From Anaerolineae bacterium (GTDB lineage Bacteria; Chloroflexota; Anaerolineae; Aggregatilineales; Phototrophicaceae): 64,000 nt of DNA. The first letter of the stretch is position 1, and the number at the start of each line of letters is the position of its first letter. Made by a program: the position numbers and the translations under genes. The stretch lies in assembly GCA_022821805.1 (NCBI GenBank), contig JAJECX010000040.1:6929-70928 (forward strand), given 5' to 3'. Shown here in pieces: positions 55,893 to 64,000 of this stretch. The notes beneath the pieces were generated by a model, which worked only from the letters and a program-made list of their open reading frames with translations, did not search any database and was not told the origin of the DNA.

Positions 55893-56468
55893 ATGCGGTA
55901 CATGCAACCCTTTGTCACGGAAGTGGACTTCGCGTCGGGCGCGCTTTCGTCGCCGGGCTATGTGATCCAGCGCAAGCTCAGCGATATGGCGGCGATGTAC
56001 GCCGACGAGGCGGCCGCGAGCCGCATTCTGGCGCAGGAAGGCGACCGCCTGATTTACGAAGTGCAAGGCGTGGAACTGCCGGCCGAAGAAGGGCAGATCC
56101 CCCATTGCACGACGCGGATACTGCCGGGGCGCGTCGGCGCTGAGTATCACATGACCAAGGGGCATTATCATGCGCGGCGCGAGCAAGGCGAGGTCTACTT
56201 TGGCTTGTCCGGGCGCGGCTATCTGGTCATGCAGACGGAGAGCGGCGAGACGAGCGTGCAGGAGATGGTCGCTGGCAGCGCCGCCTACGTGCCGCCGTAC
56301 TGGGCGCATCGCACGGTCAATGTGGGCGACGAGGACTTCGTCTTCTTCTCAGTCTGGGAAGCGCGCGCCGGCCATGACTACGGCACGATCGAGCGCGATG
56401 GCTTCCGCAAGTTGGTTGTGATGAGGGATGGCGGACCGCTTGTGGCGGATAATCCCAACTACACGTAA
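55893..56468 (+). CDS. cupin-type glucose-6-phosphate isomerase (cPGI)
   Basis: MTKGHYHARREQGEVYFGLSG and VPPYWAHRTVNVG match the cPGI signatures TxGHxH...ExY and PPxxxHRxxN as I recall them; 191 aa. Confidence 0.75.
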   Translation: MRYMQPFVTEVDFASGALSSPGYVIQRKLSDMAAMYADEAAASRILAQEGDRLIYEVQGVELPAEEGQIPHCTTRILPGRVGAEYHMTKGHYHARREQGEVYFGLSGRGYLVMQTESGETSVQEMVAGSAAYVPPYWAHRTVNVGDEDFVFFSVWEARAGHDYGTIERDGFRKLVVMRDGGPLVADNPNYT

Positions 56469-56484
56469 ATCACGAGGAAGCGCC

Positions 56485-57906
56485 ATGACCCAGCCCAATA
56501 TCATCCTCATCATCACCGACCAGCAGCGCTACGACACGATCAACGCCCTCGGCTTCCCCTACATGGACAGTCCCAATCTCGACCGGCTGGTCAACGAGGG
56601 CGTAAGCTTCGACAACTGTCACATCACCGCGCCCTCTTGCGCGCCCGCCCGCGCCAGCTTATTCACCGGCTACTATCCGCACGTCACTGGCATCATGCGC
56701 AATGGCGACCGCTGGCGTCATTCCTGGGTCGAAGATCTGAACGCGGCTGGCTATCACTGCGTAAACATCGGCAAGATGCACACAAATCCCTTCGAGACGC
56801 CGCTGGGCTTCCATGAACGCTATGTGGTGGAGAACAAGGACCGTTACCTGCAAGGACGCTACTACTTCGATGAATGGGACAAGGCATTGCAGGCACGCGG
56901 TCTGGTCAAGCAGCAGCGCGAGCTCTATCGCCAGCGGGACGATTACCGCGAGCGGATGGGCGCCTTCAGCTGGGATCTGCCGCCGGAGACGCATTCGGAT
57001 AATTTCGTCGGCGGGCTGGCGCAGTGGTGGCTGAACACCTATCCCAAGACCGAGCCGCTATTCTTGCAAATCGGCTTCCCGGGTCCGCATCCGCCCTACG
57101 ATCCGACGCCGGATGCCGCCGCCGCGTACATTGATCGCGATCTACCGCTGCCCGAGGTGACGCAGGCGGAATTAGACGGGCAGCCGCCGCCTTATCGGCG
57201 CTATCGCCAGCACAACACCGAGGTCGATCACGATTCGGTGGTGCACTTGCTGGAGCCCTCGCGCACCCAACTGCAGCGGCTGCGCGCCTATTACGCCGCC
57301 AACGTCAGCATGATCGACAAGCAGGTCGGGCAGATCATGGAAGCGCTGGAGGCGCAAGGCTATCTGGAGAACAGCATCGTCATCTTCACCAGCGATCACG
57401 GCGATTGCCTGGGCGATCACGGGCAGATACAGAAGTGGACGATGTACGATATCATCACGCGCGTGCCGGCGATATTCTGGGCGCCGGGGCGGATCTCAGC
57501 CGGGGAGCGAGTAAGCGCGCTCTGCCAATGGATGGACATCGGGCGCGCGATACTTGAGCTGGCGGGCCTGGAGCCGGCAGAGAACATGCAAGCGCAGTCA
57601 TTGCTGCCGGCGCTGGAAGGGCGGGAATGGCGCGGGCGCGAGTACGTCTTCGCCGAGCACCCGGCTGATGGCAATTACGAAGGTCCCTATCAGACGATGA
57701 TCCGCGGCGAGCGCTACAAGCTGGTGCACTTCGCTGGCGAGGACTACGGGCAGCTCTTTGACTTGCAGGCCGATCCTGGCGAATTGCACAATCGCTGGGA
57801 CGACGCGGCGCTGGCGGAGGTCAAGCGGGAACTGTTGGAAGCGCTGCTCAACTGGCGGCTGGAGAGCACCTTGCAGACACGGGATCTATTTCAAGATCAT
57901 CGGTGA
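56485..57906 (+). CDS. formylglycine-dependent sulfatase family protein
   Basis: Trimmed to MTQPNIILIITDQQRYD. C-A-P-A-R (CxPxR) followed by ASLFTG. SDHGDCLGDHG motif. Confidence 0.85.
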   Translation: MTQPNIILIITDQQRYDTINALGFPYMDSPNLDRLVNEGVSFDNCHITAPSCAPARASLFTGYYPHVTGIMRNGDRWRHSWVEDLNAAGYHCVNIGKMHTNPFETPLGFHERYVVENKDRYLQGRYYFDEWDKALQARGLVKQQRELYRQRDDYRERMGAFSWDLPPETHSDNFVGGLAQWWLNTYPKTEPLFLQIGFPGPHPPYDPTPDAAAAYIDRDLPLPEVTQAELDGQPPPYRRYRQHNTEVDHDSVVHLLEPSRTQLQRLRAYYAANVSMIDKQVGQIMEALEAQGYLENSIVIFTSDHGDCLGDHGQIQKWTMYDIITRVPAIFWAPGRISAGERVSALCQWMDIGRAILELAGLEPAENMQAQSLLPALEGREWRGREYVFAEHPADGNYEGPYQTMIRGERYKLVHFAGEDYGQLFDLQADPGELHNRWDDAALAEVKRELLEALLNWRLESTLQTRDLFQDHR

Positions 57907-58007
57907 GGCTAGCCCATCCCCGACCGCCAGTGTCTACGCGGCGCGGTTCCTCTCCCGCCATGTCTATGACGGGCATCCAGCGAGCCAAGTATTAAGTCTC
58001 GCAGTGA

Positions 58008-58034
58008 GGTGGCGAGAATGTCAAGCGGCATGGC
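58008..58034. repeat. imperfect direct repeat, copy Y, just downstream of the stop of 58047..59198
   Basis: ggtggcgagaatgtcaagcggcatggc matches 59342-59368 at 21 of 27 positions (hand alignment). Confidence 0.5.
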
Positions 58035-58046
58035 GTCGGTTTGCAA

Positions 58047-59198
58047 TCAGCTGGTCTGCGAATGTAAAGCGCGGGCTCTCTCCCATTCTCTGCGCGCGCC
58101 GGCCTCGACATCATACGGGAGACCCAGACTCAGGAATTCATTGATTCGAGATCGCGGGTAGTCAGCGCCAGGCGCGATTACGTTCAACGCATTAATCGCT
58201 ACTGTATCGCACACAGCCTCTTCCGCAAGATGTTCTAATTCGCCACGGTCAAACCCGTTAAGCCATCTTTGTATATGGCAGTTCTCATGCACGAAGACTG
58301 CGGCCAGGTAAGCCAGACTATGTCCGGCAACAAAACCGGTTGTTAAATTGTAAGACTGTTCCAAAGTGCCATTGCCGTCCGTCCAAGGGAACTCTCGGAT
58401 CTTGCGCGCGCCGTTGATCGAATAGGCATACCACTCCGGCGATCGGCTTTTGACTAGATTCATCGCAGCTCTTATCTTGGCGACAAATGCGTTTGAGCCT
58501 TCAATTATCACGCCGTCTACGACTTCTTGTATGGGCATGCCGCATTGTCCGCCGGTATCGTCATACACCCATCTGCCTACAATCCAGTCAAAGTCGAACG
58601 CGCAATTCCAGCCAAGCAGGCAGCAACTGTCAACTGCGCCAGTCCGAGACCCTGGAGGCGCGTCGCATTGATTGTTCTGGTAAGCCCAATAGCCCTTGAC
58701 CCATTCTTCATCGCTGCCACAGTGCCAGCCAGCGAAACAGCAATTGTCGATCTGGGGCGAATCGCTTCCCGTCGGCCGCGCAGATCTACCTGAGTGCGAT
58801 TGCGCGGGCGCAGCGCATTGTCCATTTTGGTAAGCCCAATAGCCGTTTGTCCATTCTTGATCGCTATTGCATTGGCGGTCAACGAAACAGCAATTGTCTA
58901 TTGGCGCAGTTGTTTCCGGCTGGGATGGCGGCTGGCTGCTATTGTCAAGGCGGCTGTAATTGACCCAATTCGCCAGCCAGACTTCGTTTCCCGGCCGCTG
59001 GATCTGCAGCCAACGGTCCGATTCGCCGACGACTTGCAGAATGGCGCCCGATTGGACGGTGGCGACAATATCGGCATGGAGGCTGGGCGCGGCTCTCAAG
59101 TTGAGTCCTCTATTGGCGCGGATGGAATACTCCTGCGCCAAAGCGACCTCCACGAACAGAAAACAGACGATTAGCATTGCCAAATACCTAATCTTCAT
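58047..59198 (-). CDS. secreted protein: SH3b domain + 3 Cys-rich repeats + HExxH putative metallopeptidase domain
   Basis: Trimmed to MKIRYLAMLIVCFLFVEVALA (signal peptide), with GAGGA upstream. SH3b-like YSIRANRGLNLRAAPSLHADIVATVQSGAILQVV. Three repeats of [IV]D[NS]CC[FL]x4Cx2Dx2Wx2GxW[AV]Y...QC. FVHENCHIQRW. Confidence 0.75.
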   Translation of the reverse strand: MKIRYLAMLIVCFLFVEVALAQEYSIRANRGLNLRAAPSLHADIVATVQSGAILQVVGESDRWLQIQRPGNEVWLANWVNYSRLDNSSQPPSQPETTAPIDNCCFVDRQCNSDQEWTNGYWAYQNGQCAAPAQSHSGRSARPTGSDSPQIDNCCFAGWHCGSDEEWVKGYWAYQNNQCDAPPGSRTGAVDSCCLLGWNCAFDFDWIVGRWVYDDTGGQCGMPIQEVVDGVIIEGSNAFVAKIRAAMNLVKSRSPEWYAYSINGARKIREFPWTDGNGTLEQSYNLTTGFVAGHSLAYLAAVFVHENCHIQRWLNGFDRGELEHLAEEAVCDTVAINALNVIAPGADYPRSRINEFLSLGLPYDVEAGARREWERARALHSQTS

Positions 59199-59341
59199 TG
59201 AATGATCCTCAAGCGGCATATCACATTATGGCAACGAGAACAGAGCTTATGCAATATATCACTGCGCTGCTTAGGCTCAATTTCCCGGCTGGTACAGCGG
59301 CTGGTCGATGTTAGCCCACGTGACCTCGACAGCGCTTCGCC

Positions 59342-59368
59342 GATGGTGAGAATGTCGAGTGGCGCGGC
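59342..59368. repeat. imperfect direct repeat, copy X, just downstream of the stop of 59369..60148
   Basis: gatggtgagaatgtcgagtggcgcggc; partner of 58008-58034. Confidence 0.5.
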
Positions 59369-60148
59369 TTAATCCTCAAAGGGGATCTCCGGTACGCCGC
59401 CGGCGAAAGGCGCGTCAGGTCTCTCGTAATCACCCATGAGCGCGCGGCGCAGCGGCGGCATCTCGGCCAAGACAGCGGGATCGGTCTGGAAGCGATCGGC
59501 GCGGCGGAACCAGGGCGGACTGTAGATATAGTGCATATTGTAGCGGTCGTAATCTTCGTCGTTGGGCATGGGCGAATGCCAGACGCCGTTGTGGAAAAGC
59601 AGCATGGTACCGGCTTTGCAGAGGACATTGTGCTGGATTGGCGAGACCTCGACTTCTCGTCGTTTGTCGGCCGGCAGCGGGAAAGGACTGCGGTGGCTGC
59701 CGGGGATGAGCATCATATTGCCCATGTTTTCATGCGATTGATCGGTCAAGCTGAAGCTGGCGCGCAGCTGCAGCAGGGGCACGGGATAGCCCACTTTTTC
59801 GAAGCCGTAGGCGCCGGAGCCATCTTGATGCCAGCCGACGATGCTGCCATTGGCTGCCAGCCGCGCGCACCAGCCGGATTGCATGACAAATTTATCGCCG
59901 TATAAGCCGCGCACCTTGGGTATGACCGACGGATGCTCGATGAGGCGGGCGAGCGCCGGTTCTGATTCGTAGGTATTGCCGATCGGGCTGAAGACATCGG
60001 TCGTTTTGGCGTGCACTCGTTTGGAGGCGGCGAGCGCCTCATCAATTTCGTCTTGCGTGAGTACATCCTCGATGATGAGGTAGCCGTAGCATTCGAACAT
60101 GAAGCGTTCGTCTTCGGTCATTGGACCGCTTTGGGCGAGCGGGATCAT
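59369..60148 (-). CDS. PhyH family Fe(II)/2OG oxygenase
   Basis: Trimmed to MIPLAQSGPMTEDERFMFECYGYLIIEDVLT, with AAGGAG upstream. VGWHQDGSG (HxD); LLFHNGVWHSPMPN. Confidence 0.8.
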   Translation of the reverse strand: MIPLAQSGPMTEDERFMFECYGYLIIEDVLTQDEIDEALAASKRVHAKTTDVFSPIGNTYESEPALARLIEHPSVIPKVRGLYGDKFVMQSGWCARLAANGSIVGWHQDGSGAYGFEKVGYPVPLLQLRASFSLTDQSHENMGNMMLIPGSHRSPFPLPADKRREVEVSPIQHNVLCKAGTMLLFHNGVWHSPMPNDEDYDRYNMHYIYSPPWFRRADRFQTDPAVLAEMPPLRRALMGDYERPDAPFAGGVPEIPFED

Positions 60149-60306
60149 GGGCGGGGTCTCCTTTATGCGCGCTAATTGCGGGAAGTCGCTACCGGAGATT
60201 TTACCACCGAGTTCGGCGAGGGCGCTAAAGTTGGCGCGGCTGATGTATGGAGGCGCGGTACATTGCGCCACAATGCTTTCCGTAGCGAATGGCGAGGAGG
60301 GCGAGT

Positions 60307-61428
60307 CTAACGGTCCCAGAGGCCGTGCTCGGGCCAGCGGCGGGGCAGGCGCGCTTCCACCGGTGGCAGCGGCGGGAGCGGCTTGTGCGGCTCCAATTGA
60401 TACCAGTAGGCGACGCTGGAGTATTCGTTGCTCTGGTCGTTGGCATGCCCGTGCTCAATCGAGAAACGCAGCGACTTGGTGAAACGAATGGGGTCTTCGA
60501 TATGCCAGCGATACAGGCTCCATTTGCCGAAGTGCTCCTGGGCATCGCTGCCGAGGGATATGCCGTGGTAGGGTCCATCGTACTCCCCGCTGGGGAAACC
60601 CCAGGCGCAGCCGAAATAATCTTCGGTGCCGGTCCCGTGCAGTGAGGGAGGCCAAGCTTCCCCATCGACGAAAAACATGTCGTCGCCTTCGCCGGGCCAG
60701 GTGAAGACATGATTGGAGGCGTTGAAATTGTCGATATTCAACAGGCAGCCGATGAAGTGCCCACAGCCTTCCGCATCAAGGATCACATAGTTTTCTTCGC
60801 CGGTGAGATTAATGCCGGGCAAGTCCCATGGCGCCGGATCTTCCAGGTCGGACGGGTGCTCGACCGCTGCAGTCGGGTTTTCCTGGTTATAGGCGGCGTG
60901 AAAATAGCCGATGTCTTGCGGCGGCGCTTCATCATAGAGTTCGTAATCGATATAGTAGAAGAGGTTGGCGATCGGCTCTTCGCTTTCGTTGATGATCTGA
61001 ATCTTGGCGCCCTCGCCGAAGGGCATGGGAAAATACCAATTCATAGCCGGCGAAAAGGGTCCCTTGGGTCCGCGTCGGTCGCCAAATGTCATGCTGACCG
61101 GCAGCGACATGAAATGCCGGCCCGTGGCATGGCCGATGCCGAAAAAGTCGCCGTAAGGCGCGCGCACGCTGGGCTTGTCTTCGCCATCCCAATACATTTC
61201 GATCACCAGCTTGCGCATATACTGCGGGGCATAGCAGCGCGTCGTCATCCAAATATGTTTGATCGTGCCGCAGCCATCGATATCCGCCATGACCTGGGTT
61301 GCGCCTGGCGCCACCACCTTAAAGTCGCGATTGGCGCCCGTGACATCGTAGCTCGACGAACGCAGCGAACGCGCTCGTTTGATAAAGGGCAAGCCCCCCA
61401 GCGGGCTATTCGGTTGCCATACATTCAT
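60307..61428 (-). CDS. DUF2961 / glycoside hydrolase family 172 protein
   Basis: Trimmed to MNVWQPNSPLGG, with GAGGAG upstream. SSSYDVTGANRD, GCGTIKHIWMT, EMYWDGEDKPSVRAPYGDFFG, NWYFPMPF, LFYYIDY match my memory of the DUF2961 family pattern. Confidence 0.75.
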   Translation of the reverse strand: MNVWQPNSPLGGLPFIKRARSLRSSSYDVTGANRDFKVVAPGATQVMADIDGCGTIKHIWMTTRCYAPQYMRKLVIEMYWDGEDKPSVRAPYGDFFGIGHATGRHFMSLPVSMTFGDRRGPKGPFSPAMNWYFPMPFGEGAKIQIINESEEPIANLFYYIDYELYDEAPPQDIGYFHAAYNQENPTAAVEHPSDLEDPAPWDLPGINLTGEENYVILDAEGCGHFIGCLLNIDNFNASNHVFTWPGEGDDMFFVDGEAWPPSLHGTGTEDYFGCAWGFPSGEYDGPYHGISLGSDAQEHFGKWSLYRWHIEDPIRFTKSLRFSIEHGHANDQSNEYSSVAYWYQLEPHKPLPPLPPVEARLPRRWPEHGLWDR

Positions 61429-61481
61429 CGTAAGATCACTCCTCTTCGCTTTCCGCAAGCGATTATTTTACCAAACGCGAA

Positions 61482-62309
61482 TTAACCCTTAACAGCGCCC
61501 ATGGTCATGCCGGCGACGATGCGCTTCTGCATCACCAGCGAGAAGATAATGACGGGCAGCGAATAAAGCACAGAGAGCGAAGTCATCGTGCCCCACTGGA
61601 TGCTGTACTGTGACTTGAACTCGGCGATGGCGATTGGCGCAGTTTTTATGCCCGTCGAAGAGAGTAGCAGCGAGAAGAGAAACTCGTTCCAAGAAGCGAG
61701 GAAGACGAAGACGGCAGTGACCGCGATTCCGCCGGCCGCGACCGGGATGATGATGCGGAAGAGCGCGCCCAGGCGCGAGCAGCCATCTACCCGCGCCGCC
61801 TCTTCCAGCTCGTGCGGGATTCCCTCCATAAAGCTGGCCAGCAGCCAAATCGCCAGCGGCACGCCGATAGTCGCGTGCGCCAGCGCGACGCCCACATGCG
61901 TATCGGTTAAGCCAAGCGAGCGCATGATGGCAAAGAGTGGAATGCCGACCGAGACCGGCGGGATCAAGCGCGTGACCAGCGCCACCAGCAGAAAGAGTTT
62001 GCCAGCCCAAGTCGCAAAGCGCGCCACGCCGTAGGCAGCCGGCACGGCAAGCAGCAGCGTCCAGCCGGTGCAAAGCAAAGCGATGATGATGCTATTGCCG
62101 AATGATCGCTGAACCGAGGGAAATTCGCCGATGTTGCTGTAATTCTCCAAACTGATACGCTGCGGCAAAAGGGTGGGAGGGATCGCCAGCGCGTCTTCCG
62201 GCGGCTTGACTGATGTCGAAACCAGGAAGGCATAGGGGAAGACGTAAATGATAAGGATGGTCGCGACCAGGAGCGCTAGTGTTGTCCGCTGCGCGAATGA
62301 TGAATTCAA
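61482..62309 (-). CDS. ABC transporter permease (MalG-like)
   Basis: Multi-TM; EAARVDGCSRLGALFRIIIP loop. Confidence 0.85.
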   Translation of the reverse strand: MNSSFAQRTTLALLVATILIIYVFPYAFLVSTSVKPPEDALAIPPTLLPQRISLENYSNIGEFPSVQRSFGNSIIIALLCTGWTLLLAVPAAYGVARFATWAGKLFLLVALVTRLIPPVSVGIPLFAIMRSLGLTDTHVGVALAHATIGVPLAIWLLASFMEGIPHELEEAARVDGCSRLGALFRIIIPVAAGGIAVTAVFVFLASWNEFLFSLLLSSTGIKTAPIAIAEFKSQYSIQWGTMTSLSVLYSLPVIIFSLVMQKRIVAGMTMGAVKG

Positions 62310-62331
62310 GGACGCCCTCTTCCCTCGCTTA

Positions 62332-63225
62332 TTATTGCCATGTTCCCCGACCCCAAATCAGGAAGAAGACCATGGCGCTGATGAGAAGCATACCCAGCAT
62401 AAAGAGCGCGGCGATAGCGGAGGCTTCGCCTACATTGCCGTAGCGAATCATTGTGCGATAGATGTGGATGCTCAGGATTTCCGAGGCAAACCGCGGACCG
62501 CCCTCGGTCTGTATCCAGATCATATCGAAAGCGCGGGCGGCGTCAATGCCGCGCAGAATCAAGACGACGGCGATGACCGGCCGCAGCAGAGGCACGGTGA
62601 TCCGGTGGAAGCGCTGCATCGCGCTGGCGCCGTCGATCTTGGCGGCTTCGATCAGCTCGCTCGGGATATTTTGCAAGCCGGTATAAAGCGCCAGCGCCAC
62701 GAACGATGTGGTAAGCCAAATATTGGGTAGCGCCACCGAAAAGAGCACGATGTCGCGATCGCCAAGCCAGGAGATATCGCTCGAATCGGCGATGAGGCCT
62801 AGTTGCTCCAGAATGTGATTGACGATGCCGATATTGTCAATCAGCATGAAGCGCCAGAGCAGACCCGCGACGATGGGCGGAATCATCAGCGGGAATGCGA
62901 AGACCGTGCGCAGGATCTCCGAGCGCTTGCCCATGGCGTTGAAGAGCAGCGCCGCGCCAAAGCCCAAGACGAATTCGGCGCTCAAAGCCAAGATCGTGTA
63001 GTTGAGCGTGCGCCCGGCTGAGTCCAATACGCGAGATGACGACAGGGCCTTGGCGTAATTTGCCCAGCCGACGAACTCGCCTTCGCCTAAAGCGTAGATG
63101 CTTACGTCGTGAAAGCTGTCGCGTATGAGCAGGAACAAGGGGTAGCCGACGAAGCTGGCCAGAAACAGCGTCGCCGGTAGCAGCAGTACCAGGACAAAAC
63201 TCCGATCGGTTAACTTCATCGGCAT
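62332..63225 (-). CDS. ABC transporter permease (MalF-like)
   Basis: Multi-TM; EAAKIDGASAMQRFHRITVP loop. Confidence 0.85.
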   Translation of the reverse strand: MPMKLTDRSFVLVLLLPATLFLASFVGYPLFLLIRDSFHDVSIYALGEGEFVGWANYAKALSSSRVLDSAGRTLNYTILALSAEFVLGFGAALLFNAMGKRSEILRTVFAFPLMIPPIVAGLLWRFMLIDNIGIVNHILEQLGLIADSSDISWLGDRDIVLFSVALPNIWLTTSFVALALYTGLQNIPSELIEAAKIDGASAMQRFHRITVPLLRPVIAVVLILRGIDAARAFDMIWIQTEGGPRFASEILSIHIYRTMIRYGNVGEASAIAALFMLGMLLISAMVFFLIWGRGTWQ

Positions 63226-63285
63226 ACCTGTATATCTGGAGCTAGACGCAGGACCGCCGACGAAAGGCGGCCCCGCTCAACGCGT

Positions 63286-64000
63286 CTATTCGTATCCCAT
63301 GGCTTCCAGCTGTTCGCGCCCCCAAGCCAGCAGTTCAGCCGGGTCTTGCTCGCAGGTCAAGGCGTCCGAACCGATGGGACCCAGGATTTCGTCAGCGATC
63401 TGCTGCCAATCGGCGACCGCCGGACGCCCGATGGTCTGTGGGCTGTCCAGCGTTTCGAGCAGCGGATTCAGGTTCTCGAAACCTGCGACATCGGCGTACT
63501 GCGCGTATGCCGACTTGCGCGCCGCCAGCCCAAGTGGCGCTTCAATGCCCATGGCGTTGTGATCATATAGATACTGGACCAGTTGCAGCGCCAGCTCTTT
63601 ATTCTCCGACGTCTTGGGCACGATATTGAACCAGGGACCGGGAATGGCGCCAATGCCGCCGGGACCGGCTACCATAGGCGCGGCGCCAACCAGATCGGCA
63701 ATCGGCGAGTCGCCGCGCGTCAGGCGGTAAGCGTGGCCCCAGAAGCGGAACATCGCTGTCTGGCTCTGGTAGAAGAGATTCTCGGCAACGCCCCAGTCCA
63801 CCTCGTTTACATTCGGCGGCGCCACATCCATATCGCAATGGTGGCTGATGTAGTAGGACAAGCCCTCTACGTGCGCCTCGTTGTCGATGATGATGTTGTG
63901 ATCGGCATCCAGCACGACGCCAGGCGACCCGGCTTGCAAGACGGCGATCATCCATTCAAAGTCGGCCACGCCACCTTTGACGTCGGTGCCGTACATATCG
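63286..64000 (-). CDS. ABC transporter substrate-binding protein (family 1), C-terminal part; N-terminus beyond the right edge
   Basis: The open frame continues to the window end. Sits upstream of the two permease genes on the same strand. Composition is typical of sugar-binding proteins. Confidence 0.7.
   Translation of the reverse strand, partial: DMYGTDVKGGVADFEWMIAVLQAGSPGVVLDADHNIIIDNEAHVEGLSYYISHHCDMDVAPPNVNEVDWGVAENLFYQSQTAMFRFWGHAYRLTRGDSPIADLVGAAPMVAGPGGIGAIPGPWFNIVPKTSENKELALQLVQYLYDHNAMGIEAPLGLAARKSAYAQYADVAGFENLNPLLETLDSPQTIGRPAVADWQQIADEILGPIGSDALTCEQDPAELLAWGREQLEAMGYE

Noticed and set aside
1-64000. Defence systems, prophage, integrative elements, CRISPR arrays, toxin-antitoxin pairs, tRNA/rRNA genes.
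   Set aside because: I recognised no nuclease/helicase/methylase-type defence genes, phage structural genes, recombinases, regularly spaced short repeats or RNA gene signatures. The only insertion-like signal is the 58008-59368 cassette reported above.

Overview
High-G+C bacterial chromosomal segment with about 57 protein-coding genes. I found no rRNA, tRNA, CRISPR array, integrase or transposase. All function calls rest on by-eye motif and family recognition, with no searches run.

Gene content is dominated by nutrient import and catabolism:
- Five binding-protein-dependent ABC importers (four CUT1 sugar-type, one Dpp-type), none with an ATPase gene.
- Two GH32 enzymes, a DUF2961/GH172 enzyme, a cupin-type phosphoglucose isomerase and two formylglycine-type sulfatases.
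- A cluster next to a SorC-family regulator gene: fused TPP E1 alpha-beta, RPE-like barrel, Gfo/Idh/MocA, two GMC oxidoreductases and a ROK kinase, followed by a convergent ribokinase and hxlA/hxlB.
- A hydantoinase A/B + racemase + M24 peptidase module wedged between the two permease genes of the Dpp-type importer.

The most unusual signals:
1. An oxygenase-rich island at 31.5-44.9 kb. It holds three tandem membrane desaturase-family genes with an exact 1276-bp period and mosaic identity, flanked by PhyH-family Fe/2OG oxygenases. There are eight PhyH paralogs in the window, two of them degraded, and they repeatedly sit as the last gene of sugar-importer operons.
2. A divergent Cpn60/GroEL paralog without GroES, embedded with a six-Asp-box propeller in a GH32 operon. 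One of the GH32 genes seems to lack the catalytic Glu.
3. A minus-strand operon of three unrecognisable proteins plus an FAD oxidoreductase and a PhyH gene.
4. A lower-G+C cassette flanked by imperfect direct repeats. It encodes a secreted SH3b / triple Cys-rich repeat / HExxH protein.
5. Families of G/C-rich hairpin (REP-like) repeats, two of them lying between the binding-protein and first-permease genes of separate operons.

The repeat motifs remind me of Chloroflexota genomes, but that is a low-confidence inference from memory.
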